From an uncultured Nocardioides sp. (lineage in GTDB: Bacteria > Actinomycetota > Actinomycetes > Propionibacteriales > Nocardioidaceae): DNA of 64,000 bases. Numbering within the stretch: position 1 is the first letter of the stretch; every line of letters begins with the position of its first letter. This document shows, in pieces, positions 36,681 through 45,737 of this stretch. The translations under genes were made by a program, and so were the position numbers. A model generated the notes under the pieces. The model saw only the letters and a program-made list of their open reading frames with translations, made no database searches and was not told where the DNA came from. The DNA is taken from the NCBI GenBank assembly GCA_964591845.1, contig CAZQCA010000001.1, forward strand, positions 1,135-65,134. The letters run 5' to 3'.

Positions 36681-37487
36681 ATGTCGATGATGGGGACCGT
36701 CTCGTGGCCCGAAGCGATCACGCAGCGATCGCCTCGGTGGCTCGTCGGCGCGCCGATCTCGACGCTCGCCGGCCTGCGCGACGGCGCCGGTCCGTCGGGC
36801 CTGGGGCGCGTCGCCCTCTTCGCCGTACGCCGGAGCGCGCGGCGCTGGGCCGACCCGGTGCTGCTCACCAGCCACCACGTGCTGCACGCGCACGGATCGG
36901 AGCCGGGCGACCCGGTCTTCGCCCCCAAGGTCAGCGACGACGGAGACCTGCTCGAGCTCGACCCGGCCACCCTGGCGCCGGTCGCCGAGGTGACCGACCA
37001 GGGCCTCGACGGCGTCCACCGATTCGCCTTCCCGGGCGAGGAAGAGGCCGACTACCACCTCGACTGCGCGACGGCGAGGTTGCTCGACGTCGAAGCGGAG
37101 CCGTCGGGCACGGCGACCTTCCGGGTCGGGCGGGTGCATCCCCACGACGCGCTGCCCCAGAGGCGACTCGCGGTCCGACTCCTCGGCGTCCACCAGAAGG
37201 CAGCCGGCGACGTGGTCGCCACCCACGCCCTGGTCGAGCGGGCCGACGGGGTGCTCTGCCCCGGCACCATCGCCATCCGCTCGCGGCCCGGGACGACGTT
37301 CGCCACCGAAGGCGACTCCGGCGCCTTGGTCGTGGACCGCCACGACCGCGCGGTCGGACTCCTGTGGGGCGTCGACCTGGCCGACCCGGCCATGGCCTAT
37401 GCGTGTCATGTGCTGCCGGTGCTCGATCGGCTGGACTTGGTGCCCTCGTTGCGCGCGGGCCTCACGAACCTCGGGGAGGGACCATGA
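36681..37487 (+). CDS. Trypsin-like (S1/Nal1-like) serine protease, catalytic domain only, 268 aa
   Basis: Catalytic triad motifs LLTSHHVL, LDCATA and FATEGDSGALVV, plus AVGLLWG; no signal peptide. Confidence 0.8.
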   Translation: MSMMGTVSWPEAITQRSPRWLVGAPISTLAGLRDGAGPSGLGRVALFAVRRSARRWADPVLLTSHHVLHAHGSEPGDPVFAPKVSDDGDLLELDPATLAPVAEVTDQGLDGVHRFAFPGEEEADYHLDCATARLLDVEAEPSGTATFRVGRVHPHDALPQRRLAVRLLGVHQKAAGDVVATHALVERADGVLCPGTIAIRSRPGTTFATEGDSGALVVDRHDRAVGLLWGVDLADPAMAYACHVLPVLDRLDLVPSLRAGLTNLGEGP

Positions 37488-39001
37488 GCGAAGAGCTGAC
37501 CCCCGGCCAGATCTTGGAGCTGCGCGAGCGCGCGCGAGCCCAGCTGGACGCGATCCCGGGAGTCCGTGCAGTCGGCTTCGGGGTCAAGGTGGTCGACTCG
37601 GAGCTCACCGGGCAACGCGCCCTGCGGGTCTACGTCGACGAGAAGAAGCCGCTCGACGAGCTGCCACCCGACCAGGTGATCCCCGACGAGATCGAGGGCA
37701 TCCCCACCGACGTGATCACCATCCCGCGCGGGCAGGAGTTCGGCACCCAGGACACCTCGATGCACAGCCCGCTCATCGGGGGCATCACGATCACCAACAT
37801 GAAGCCGATCCCCGCGGGTGGATTCGAGGGCGGCACCCTCGGCTGCTTCGCCACGATGGACGGGGTCAGCGGGCCGAAGAACGTAGCGGTGCTGACCAAC
37901 AACCACGTCCTGGCGGCCGGAGGCGGCGCCGTGGGCGACACGGTCTACCAGCCCAACCTCACCGGAGGCAACGTCGACCCCCTCAACACCGGGCCGATCG
38001 GGAAGACCCTGCATCTCGGGATCAAGGGGCAGTACAACTTCACCTACCCGACGGAGAGCCAGGCGTCCTACTACCTCGACTGCGCCAGCGCGCAGCTCAA
38101 CATCGACATCTCCAGCTGGTGCGACTGCAACTGCGGGGTGTCCTACAAGAACGAGCTGCGCGAGATCAGCATCTCGGGCAACAGCAAGCTCGAGGGCGTG
38201 GCCCGTGCCGTCGACAACGAGACCGTCTTCAAGTCGGGCCGGACGACGGGCGGGACGCAGGGCACGATCGAGGACCCACTGGGGTCCGTGCTGTTCGGAA
38301 GCCCGGCGGTCCAGATCGACAACATCATCATCGTCAGGCCGACCAACCCACCCGACCCCGCCTTCGCCGACCACGGGGACTCCGGCGCCGCCCTCGTCAA
38401 CGCCCAGAACAAGCTGATCGGGCTCGTGTTCGGCGGCGAGGAGGTGACCGAGCCCAACCCAGCGACCTACGCCTGCCACATCGCCCCCGTGATGGACGTG
38501 CTCAAGGTCACCCCGATCAGCACCCAGAACCCTCCCGTCGGCCCCGCCGGCCATGCCCGGAGCAGCCGGCCGGCCCGGGTGGGCGCCCCAGCCGGCGACC
38601 GCCTCGAGGACCACACCCTCGAGCTCCAGGACCGCCTGCGCCGTACGACGGCCGGCGCCGCGCTCTTCGCGGCCTTCCTCGAGCACCGCTCCGAGATCGT
38701 CGGGCTGGTCAACCGGCACCGGCCGACCACCATCGCGTGGCACCGCGGCAAGGGCCCCACCTTCTTCGCCCACTTCGCGGAGAACGCGCGCCACCCCGAG
38801 CACCGCATCCCCTCCGACATCGAGGGCGTCACCCGCCGCGACCTCGCCGACCGGATGGAGGAGGCGCTGATGGCCTCCGGCTCCGAGCCCCTCCGGCAGG
38901 CGATCGCCGAGAACCGTGAGGCCGTGCTGGCGATCCTCGACGACTTCGACGACCTCCACGAGCTCGTGGGTCGCTTCGAGGAGCGCCCGGCGCATGTCTG
39001 A
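37484..39001 (+). CDS. Trypsin-like (Nal1-like) serine protease with N-terminal pro-like domain and C-terminal helical domain, 505 aa
   Basis: PGVRAVGFGVK...LRVYVDEKKP...IPDEIEGIPTDV, GTLGCF, LTNNHVL, LDCASA, KSGRTTG and FADHGDSGAALV; ATGA-coupled. Confidence 0.88.
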   Translation: MSEELTPGQILELRERARAQLDAIPGVRAVGFGVKVVDSELTGQRALRVYVDEKKPLDELPPDQVIPDEIEGIPTDVITIPRGQEFGTQDTSMHSPLIGGITITNMKPIPAGGFEGGTLGCFATMDGVSGPKNVAVLTNNHVLAAGGGAVGDTVYQPNLTGGNVDPLNTGPIGKTLHLGIKGQYNFTYPTESQASYYLDCASAQLNIDISSWCDCNCGVSYKNELREISISGNSKLEGVARAVDNETVFKSGRTTGGTQGTIEDPLGSVLFGSPAVQIDNIIIVRPTNPPDPAFADHGDSGAALVNAQNKLIGLVFGGEEVTEPNPATYACHIAPVMDVLKVTPISTQNPPVGPAGHARSSRPARVGAPAGDRLEDHTLELQDRLRRTTAGAALFAAFLEHRSEIVGLVNRHRPTTIAWHRGKGPTFFAHFAENARHPEHRIPSDIEGVTRRDLADRMEEALMASGSEPLRQAIAENREAVLAILDDFDDLHELVGRFEERPAHV

Positions 39002-42000
39002 GCCCAGCACCCTGCACTCGGCGATCGGGCTGGTCGCCGATGTGCTGGCGCCGCTGGAGAGCGCGTTCGCCCCCGACCGGGCCGCGAGCACGCTCGCCGA
39101 GCTCGGCATCGTGGCCAACGCCGGCCAGGCGAGTGCGGTGGCCTCGGCGGCGCAGCCGGTCGCGGCCGCGAGCATCGCGCTGATCGAGGACGCCGCGGCG
39201 CTGGCGCAGGCCATCGTGGACGACGACGCGGGCACCGCCGTGGCCAAGGGGCTGTCCGCGATCGAGCGCATCGCCACGGTGGTCGACGGCATCGACGACC
39301 TGCAGACGGTGGTCGCGGGCCTCGGCATCCCACCCGCGACGGCCAACGCGTTCGCCGAGCGGCTGCTCAACTTCCTCGTCGTACGCCGCCTGGAGTCGTT
39401 CCGGAGCGTCAACGAGCTGCTCGAGCTGCTGGGGGCGCTGACGCGGCAGCGCGTCAACGAGGGCTCGATCGACCCCAACCTGCCCTTCCACGTCGTGTCG
39501 ACCTTCGACTTCTCCGCCCTCGGCGACTGGGTCTCCGACCCGGTGGGGGCCCTCCAGGCCCACTACGGCTGGGACACGGGTGGCTTCGACGGCGAGGACC
39601 TGCTGCGTCGGCTGGGCGCGATCATCGGCGCGCTCGGCGCTCCGGCGGTGCTCGACGAGACCGGCCCCGTGCCGGTGCTCGACTTCATGCTGCTCGCCGT
39701 CCGTCCGCGCACCGACCTCAACCCGCGCGGGCTCCAGCTCGACCTCCGGCAGAGCTTCCCCAAGCAGATCCTCGAGCTGGGGGTGGCCGACCTCGACGTC
39801 GAGGTCGAGACCGAGGCCGACCTGCCGTTCGGCATGGGCCTGACGATCCAGCCGCCCTTCGACGTCACGTTCACGCTGCCGTCGGGCCCGCCGGACCTCA
39901 CCGGCCAGGTGCTGCTCCGGGTCGTCGCCGACCGGTCCACGGCCGCGGAGAAGTTCGTGATCCTCGGCGACGCCGACGCGAGCCGGCTAGAGCTCGGGCG
40001 GATCGGCCTGGAGGCGGGCGTCCGGTTCGCGGGCAGCGGCGTCGTCCCGAGCTTCCGGCTCGAGCTCGGTGACGGGCTGGTGCGGATCTCGATGGCCGAG
40101 GCCGACGGCTTCCTGGCCACGATCCTGGGCGGCGTCGAGCTGGAGTCGACGTTCGACCTCGCCGCCGGCCTGCGCGCGCAGGGCGGGCTCTTCTTCGAGG
40201 GCAGCGCGACCCTGGAGATCCAGCTGCCGGGCCACCTCGACCTCGGCGCGGTCGAGGTCAGCGCCTTCACCGTGTCGGTGGGCGTCGACGGCGGCTCGTT
40301 CCCCGTCGGGCTCGCCGCCGACATCACCGCGCTGCTGGGGCCGCTGGTGGCGGTCGTCCAGCAGGTCGGCCTCCAGGTGGCCTTCGAGCTGACCGAGGGC
40401 GGCGCCGGCAACGCCGGCCCGGTCGACGTCAGCCTGGCGTTCAAGCCCCCGACCGGGGTCGGGCTGGCCCTCGACGCGGGCGTCGTCCGCGGCGGCGGGT
40501 TCCTCAGCATCGACACCGCCCGCGGCGAGTACGCCGGCATCCTCCAGCTCAGCATCCTCGACCTGGTGTCGGTCACCGCCGTCGGCATCATCACCACGAA
40601 GTTCCCCGACGGCTCGGAGGGCTTCTCCTTCCTCGCGATCATCTCCGTCGAGTTCAACCCCGGCATCCAGCTCGGCTTCGGCTTCACCCTGATCGGCGTC
40701 GGCGGCCTGGTCGGCCTCAACCGCAGCGTCGACCTCGACGCGCTCGCGCAGGGTGCCCGGTCGGGATCGGTCGACACGATCCTCTTCCCGCAGGACGTCA
40801 TCGCCAACGCGACCCGGATCATCTCCGACCTGCGGCAGTTCTTCCCGCCCGAGCAGGACGTCTTCCTGATCGGGCCGATGGCCAAGTTCGGCTGGGGCAC
40901 CCCCACCCTGATCAGCCTGTCGCTGGGCGTGATCATCGAGATCCCGGGCAACATCGCGATCGTCGGCAAGCTCACCGTCGCGATCCCCGACGAGGACGCC
41001 GCGCTGATCATCATCCAGGTCGCCTTCATCGGGGCGATCGAGTTCGACACCAAGCGCGTGTGGTTCTTCGCGGTGCTCTACGACTCCCGCGTCATCTACA
41101 TGACGCTCGAGGGCGGCATGGGGGTGCTCGCCGCGTTCGGCGACGACCCCAACTTCGTGGTGACCGTCGGCGGCTTCCACCCGTCCTACAACCCGCCGGC
41201 ACTGCCCTTCCCCGACATCCCGCGGATCACCATCAACATCCTCAACACCCCGGTCGCCAAGGTGGTCGTGACCGCCTACTTCGCGGTGACCTCCAACACC
41301 GTGCAGTTCGGAGCCGCGGCCGAGCTCTACTTCGGCGTCAGCATCGCGAGCATCGAGGGCCACCTCGGCTTCGACGCCCTCTTCCAGTTCTCGCCGTTCT
41401 ACTTCACGATCACGATCTCGGCGTCGCTGTCGGTGAAGCTCTTCGGATTCGGCCTCTTCTCCGTGCGCTTCCGCGGCACCCTCGAGGGCACCTCGCCGTG
41501 GCACATCGAGGGCACCGGCAGCATCTCCCTGCTCTTCTGGGACGTCGACGTCGACTTCTCCGAGACCTGGGGCGACTCGGAGGACACCCAGCTGCCGCCC
41601 ATCCCGGTGCTGCCGATCCTGGCGACGGAGTTCGCCAAGGCGGAGAACTGGACGGCGCGGCTGGGCAGCAGCGCGCTGCTGGTCACCCTGCGGCCGATCG
41701 ACGACGACCTCGACCTGGTGCTGCACCCGCTCGGGTCGCTGGCGATCAGCCAGCGCGCCGTGCCGCTCGGCATCACCATCGACAAGGTCGGCAGCCAGAA
41801 GCCCGACGACGCCAACCTCTTCGACGTCGTCGTCAACACGGCCGGGCTCGCCGAGCGCGGCGCGCTCCAGGAGTCGTTCGCCACCGCGCAGTTCCAGGCC
41901 CTCGACGACGAAGAGCGCCTGTCGGCGGCGGACTTCGAGAAGGAGGACTCCGGGCTCGAGCTGGCCGCCGACGGCTCGCAGACCCGCACCAGCTTCATGA

Positions 42001-42368
42001 CCAAGCGGGTCGTGCGCTACGAGCAGATCATCATCGACACCCTCTACCGCCGGTTCGTCCTCGTCATCGGCACGCTGATCGCCGGCCTGTTCACCCACTT
42101 CCTCGGCGGCAACGCCGTGGCGCGGGCGGAGGTGTCGATGGCCAGTCGCGACCGGCTGCACCTGCTCGACGAGAAGATCGTCGTCAGCCCCACGGCGTAC
42201 GTCGTCGCCGACGCGGCCACCAACACGGCCTACGCCGGCGCGCCGGCCGAGGGCTTCAGCTCGCGTGCCACCGCGCAGGAGTTCGTCGCGGCGCAGGTCA
42301 AGGCCGATCCGTCCGTCGCCAGCCAGGTGCACGTCCTGCGCGCCCACGAGCTGCAGGTGGCGGCGTGA
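38994..42368 (+). CDS. DUF6603-like large beta-rich protein, 1124 aa
   Basis: FKPPTGVGLALDAGVVRGGGFL...GEYAG...IQLGFGFTLIGVGGLVGLNR...VGGFHP...YFAVTSNTVQFG...FDALFQFSPF, recognised from recall of DUF6603 proteins. Confidence 0.8.
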   Translation: MSEPSTLHSAIGLVADVLAPLESAFAPDRAASTLAELGIVANAGQASAVASAAQPVAAASIALIEDAAALAQAIVDDDAGTAVAKGLSAIERIATVVDGIDDLQTVVAGLGIPPATANAFAERLLNFLVVRRLESFRSVNELLELLGALTRQRVNEGSIDPNLPFHVVSTFDFSALGDWVSDPVGALQAHYGWDTGGFDGEDLLRRLGAIIGALGAPAVLDETGPVPVLDFMLLAVRPRTDLNPRGLQLDLRQSFPKQILELGVADLDVEVETEADLPFGMGLTIQPPFDVTFTLPSGPPDLTGQVLLRVVADRSTAAEKFVILGDADASRLELGRIGLEAGVRFAGSGVVPSFRLELGDGLVRISMAEADGFLATILGGVELESTFDLAAGLRAQGGLFFEGSATLEIQLPGHLDLGAVEVSAFTVSVGVDGGSFPVGLAADITALLGPLVAVVQQVGLQVAFELTEGGAGNAGPVDVSLAFKPPTGVGLALDAGVVRGGGFLSIDTARGEYAGILQLSILDLVSVTAVGIITTKFPDGSEGFSFLAIISVEFNPGIQLGFGFTLIGVGGLVGLNRSVDLDALAQGARSGSVDTILFPQDVIANATRIISDLRQFFPPEQDVFLIGPMAKFGWGTPTLISLSLGVIIEIPGNIAIVGKLTVAIPDEDAALIIIQVAFIGAIEFDTKRVWFFAVLYDSRVIYMTLEGGMGVLAAFGDDPNFVVTVGGFHPSYNPPALPFPDIPRITINILNTPVAKVVVTAYFAVTSNTVQFGAAAELYFGVSIASIEGHLGFDALFQFSPFYFTITISASLSVKLFGFGLFSVRFRGTLEGTSPWHIEGTGSISLLFWDVDVDFSETWGDSEDTQLPPIPVLPILATEFAKAENWTARLGSSALLVTLRPIDDDLDLVLHPLGSLAISQRAVPLGITIDKVGSQKPDDANLFDVVVNTAGLAERGALQESFATAQFQALDDEERLSAADFEKEDSGLELAADGSQTRTSFMTKRVVRYEQIIIDTLYRRFVLVIGTLIAGLFTHFLGGNAVARAEVSMASRDRLHLLDEKIVVSPTAYVVADAATNTAYAGAPAEGFSSRATAQEFVAAQVKADPSVASQVHVLRAHELQVAA

Positions 42369-42407
42369 CCGCCCGGCGCCCGGCCCGGCGAGCGTCCGGG
42401 GGCGGCC

Positions 42408-45400
42408 ATGGCTGACGACCTCGGGACCTACTCGTTCCTGCCGTGGCTGCGCCTGGGCCTGGCCAACCAGATCGATGCCGCCGACCTCGACACGAGCATC
42501 CTGTCCCGCGCGGTGATGCCGGTCTCCCTGACCGTCACCGGCAGGCCGGTCGAGGGCGACGGCCCCGATCTCAGCTCCGACCCGATCACCCGTGACGTCG
42601 CCATCTACGGGCCGGGCGACGTGGTCGGCATCGACCCGCGGGCGATCGTCAAGCGCGAGCCCCGCGACCACATCACCAACTTCGAGTCCAACTACTTCCC
42701 CTACATCGAGTTCTACGAGGAGGACTTCCCCTGGCGCTACACGCCGGCGGCTCCCGACGAGACCAAGCACCGCCTGCGGCCCTGGCTGGCGCTGGTCGTG
42801 CTCACCGACGACGAGTTCGACGACGCGGCGCTGGCCCCCGGCCAGCCACTGGCCGCGGTCCAGGTCACCGCGCCGACGGAGACCGTCTTCCCGCCCGCCG
42901 ACCAGCTCTGGGCCTGGGCCCACGTGCACGCGAACTCCGACCTGATCCGCGCCGACGGCATCGTCCGCTCGGCCGACGGGGTGGCCGCCGGTGACCGGCT
43001 CGAGGCCGAGGTCTGCGCCGACGCCGACCGCGCCTACTCGCGTGTGCTCTGTCCGCGCGCGCTCGCCCCGGAGACCGGCTACCACGCGTTCCTGGTGCCG
43101 GCCTTCGAGAGCGGCCGGCTCGCCGGGCTGGGCCTGGACCCGCAGGAGCCGCTCGCCGGGCGCTTCGCGACCCAGTCGGCCTGGGAGGCCTATGCCGCAC
43201 GGCCGCTCGGCGCGGTCTACCCCTACTACACGCGCTGGTGGTTCAAGACCGGCTCGGTCGGCGACTTCGAGTACCTCGTCCGGCTGCTCAAGCCCCGCCC
43301 GCCCGACGTGCGGCTCGGCCGGCGCGACATGGACGTGCAGCGCCCGGGCTCCGACCTGACCGGCATCGAGATCCCCGAGCTGGGCGGCGTCCTGCGGCTC
43401 GGGGGAGCGCTGCAGGTGCCCGACGAGGCACTGACCGACGAGCAGGAGGACGAGGCGGAGGCCTTCGAGAACTGGGACACGCCGTTCCCGCACCCGTTCC
43501 AGTCCGACCTCGCCGACTTCGTCAACCTGGCCGACGACTACCAGCGGTCCGGCGACCCCGACCCGCTGATCACCCCTCCCCTCTACGGCCGCTGGCACGC
43601 GCTGTCGCAGCGCATCCTCGAGGACGCCGAGGGCGACCCGCTCTCACCGACCGACAACTGGCTCCACGAGGTCAACCTCGACCCCCGGTTCCGCGTGGCC
43701 GCGGGCTTCGGCACGCAGGTGATCGAGAAGAACCAGGAGGCCTACATGGACGCCGCCTGGGGCCAGGTCGGCGACGTGCTCGCCGCCAACCGGCGGATCC
43801 GCCTCGCCCAGATCGCCCAGTCGTCGTCGCTCGTCTGGTACACCTCCCACCTGCTCCCGCTGCGCGACCTGAGCGCCGAGCGATCCCTCATGCTCACCGC
43901 CCCCGTCCACCGCCGGGTCGTCAGCGAAGGCCTCGTCGTCAAGCACCGGTTCGCGGGCAGCACCGTGCCGACCGCGCTGCTCTCCCCGCCGCTGCGCCGC
44001 GTGCTGCGGCCGCGCGACCACGTCGCCGCGCGGCTGGGATTCGGGTCGCCCCTCGGACCGGGAGACCTGATCGACCGGGTCAACAAGGGCGAGGTCAGCG
44101 CCGCCCCACCGCGGGTGACGCCCGAGGACCTGCCGACCGTCGAGGAGATCGGCGAGCAGCTCGACGAGCAGCCGACCAAGGGGCCGCTCGGACCGCTCGT
44201 CGACCTGCTGCGCCGGCTCCCGTGGCTCTTCTGGGTCCTGCTCGGCGCGGTCCTGCTGGTCGCGCTGCTCCTCCTGCTGCTCGTGCCGCTGCCGGCCGGC
44301 CTCGTCCTCGCGGCCGTCGTGGCGATCGGCGGCTTGGCGGGCCTGCTCTGGCTGCGCGCGCAGGCGCAGAAGCCGCCGCTGTCCGACGCCGTCGTCCCCT
44401 CGGGCAACGCCCCGGAGGTCATCGACTCGTTGCCGACCTTCCCGGGCTTCAGCCTCGCCGAGCCCGACAGCGGCGCGGCGGACCCGACACCCGGCGGTGG
44501 GCCGGACAGCCCGGAGGCCACGCGCTTCAAGGGTGCGCTCAAGGACACCCATCGGCTGGTGACGGTCAGTGGAGAGCTCGGCAAGCCTCCCGTCCGTACG
44601 CCGTTCGACACCGACAGCGTCACCCTCGACACCGTCGGCACCGGGATCATCACCGGCCTCGACCCAAAGATCACGATCCCGGCCTTCACGATGGCCGGCA
44701 TCACCATCCCCGGGCGGATCGTGGCGATCAACCTCGAGGTCTTCGTCGAGGCGATGGCCTATCCGGAGTTCGACATCCCGATGTACCAGCCGCTCCTCGA
44801 CCTGCCCGGCGACAACTTCTTGCCCAACATCGACAAGATCCCGCCCAACACCATCACCCTCCTCGAGACCAACCAGCGGTTCATCGAGGCCTACATGCTG
44901 GGCGTCAACGTGGCGATGGCCTCCGAGCTGCTGTGGCGGGAGTACCCGACCGACCAGCGCGGCAGCTACTTCCGTCAGTTCTGGGACCCCAGCGCCGCCA
45001 TCGACCGCACCGGGCTCTCCAAGGAGGAGCTGCGCGAGAAGCTGCGGGACATCCCGCCCATCCACACGTGGTCGCGCTTCTCCAAGCTCGGCGACCACGA
45101 CCATCGCGAGGAGCCCGGCGAGAGTGAGGAGGAGGTCGTCCTGGTGATCCGGGGCGAGCTGCTCAAGAAGTACCCCACCGCCGTCATCTATGCCCAGAAG
45201 GCCCGGTGGCAGCTCACCGACGGCGAGATCGACAACACCAAGCCGCGCGAGTTCGAGACCGACGGGCCCGAGGAGGACCGACTCCGCACCCCGCTCTACG
45301 AGGCCAAGGCCGAGCCCGACATCACCTTCCTCGGCTTCGACCTCACCGCAGAGGAGGTCCAAGGCGGCACCGGTGAGCCGGGAGACCCGGAGGAGCAGGA

Positions 45401-45737
45401 CCCGGGGTGGTTCTTCGTCATCAAGGAGCGCCCGGGCGAGCCGCGCTTCGGGCTCGACCTGGAGTCCGACGTGGCCCTGGAGACCTGGAGCGACCTCGCC
45501 TGGCCCGACGTCTTCGACGCCGCCACCGACCACTTCCTCGACGTCGGCACCGGCACGCCGACGCTCACGCTCTCGCCGCCCGACCCCGACACGGCGAGCG
45601 ACTACGAGGTCACCCAGCACGCGGAGGACGTGCAGATCACCTGGAGCCCCGGGATGAATGCCGCGGAGCTGGCCTACGTGCTCTACCAGGTGCCGGTCCT
45701 GGTCGCCGTCCACGGAGCGGAGATGTTGCCCGAATGA
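42408..45737 (+). CDS. Large uncharacterised protein with internal TM hairpin, 1109 aa
   Basis: Strong coding bias. Motifs FLPWLRLG, DFPWRYTP, LRPWLALVV, GDFEYLVRLL, LNLDPRFRVAAGFG-like, LLWREYPTDQRGSYFRQFWD, IRGELLKKYP and EPRFGLD. Hydrophobic segment at 44223-44354. Confidence 0.85.
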   Translation: MADDLGTYSFLPWLRLGLANQIDAADLDTSILSRAVMPVSLTVTGRPVEGDGPDLSSDPITRDVAIYGPGDVVGIDPRAIVKREPRDHITNFESNYFPYIEFYEEDFPWRYTPAAPDETKHRLRPWLALVVLTDDEFDDAALAPGQPLAAVQVTAPTETVFPPADQLWAWAHVHANSDLIRADGIVRSADGVAAGDRLEAEVCADADRAYSRVLCPRALAPETGYHAFLVPAFESGRLAGLGLDPQEPLAGRFATQSAWEAYAARPLGAVYPYYTRWWFKTGSVGDFEYLVRLLKPRPPDVRLGRRDMDVQRPGSDLTGIEIPELGGVLRLGGALQVPDEALTDEQEDEAEAFENWDTPFPHPFQSDLADFVNLADDYQRSGDPDPLITPPLYGRWHALSQRILEDAEGDPLSPTDNWLHEVNLDPRFRVAAGFGTQVIEKNQEAYMDAAWGQVGDVLAANRRIRLAQIAQSSSLVWYTSHLLPLRDLSAERSLMLTAPVHRRVVSEGLVVKHRFAGSTVPTALLSPPLRRVLRPRDHVAARLGFGSPLGPGDLIDRVNKGEVSAAPPRVTPEDLPTVEEIGEQLDEQPTKGPLGPLVDLLRRLPWLFWVLLGAVLLVALLLLLLVPLPAGLVLAAVVAIGGLAGLLWLRAQAQKPPLSDAVVPSGNAPEVIDSLPTFPGFSLAEPDSGAADPTPGGGPDSPEATRFKGALKDTHRLVTVSGELGKPPVRTPFDTDSVTLDTVGTGIITGLDPKITIPAFTMAGITIPGRIVAINLEVFVEAMAYPEFDIPMYQPLLDLPGDNFLPNIDKIPPNTITLLETNQRFIEAYMLGVNVAMASELLWREYPTDQRGSYFRQFWDPSAAIDRTGLSKEELREKLRDIPPIHTWSRFSKLGDHDHREEPGESEEEVVLVIRGELLKKYPTAVIYAQKARWQLTDGEIDNTKPREFETDGPEEDRLRTPLYEAKAEPDITFLGFDLTAEEVQGGTGEPGDPEEQDPGWFFVIKERPGEPRFGLDLESDVALETWSDLAWPDVFDAATDHFLDVGTGTPTLTLSPPDPDTASDYEVTQHAEDVQITWSPGMNAAELAYVLYQVPVLVAVHGAEMLPE

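Noticed and set aside
45407-45733. N-terminal extension giving a 2003-aa ORF
   Set aside because: It overlaps the upstream gene and is Arg-rich junk. The ATGA-coupled start at 45734 is more plausible. The same reasoning applies to the extensions from 36473 and 50725.
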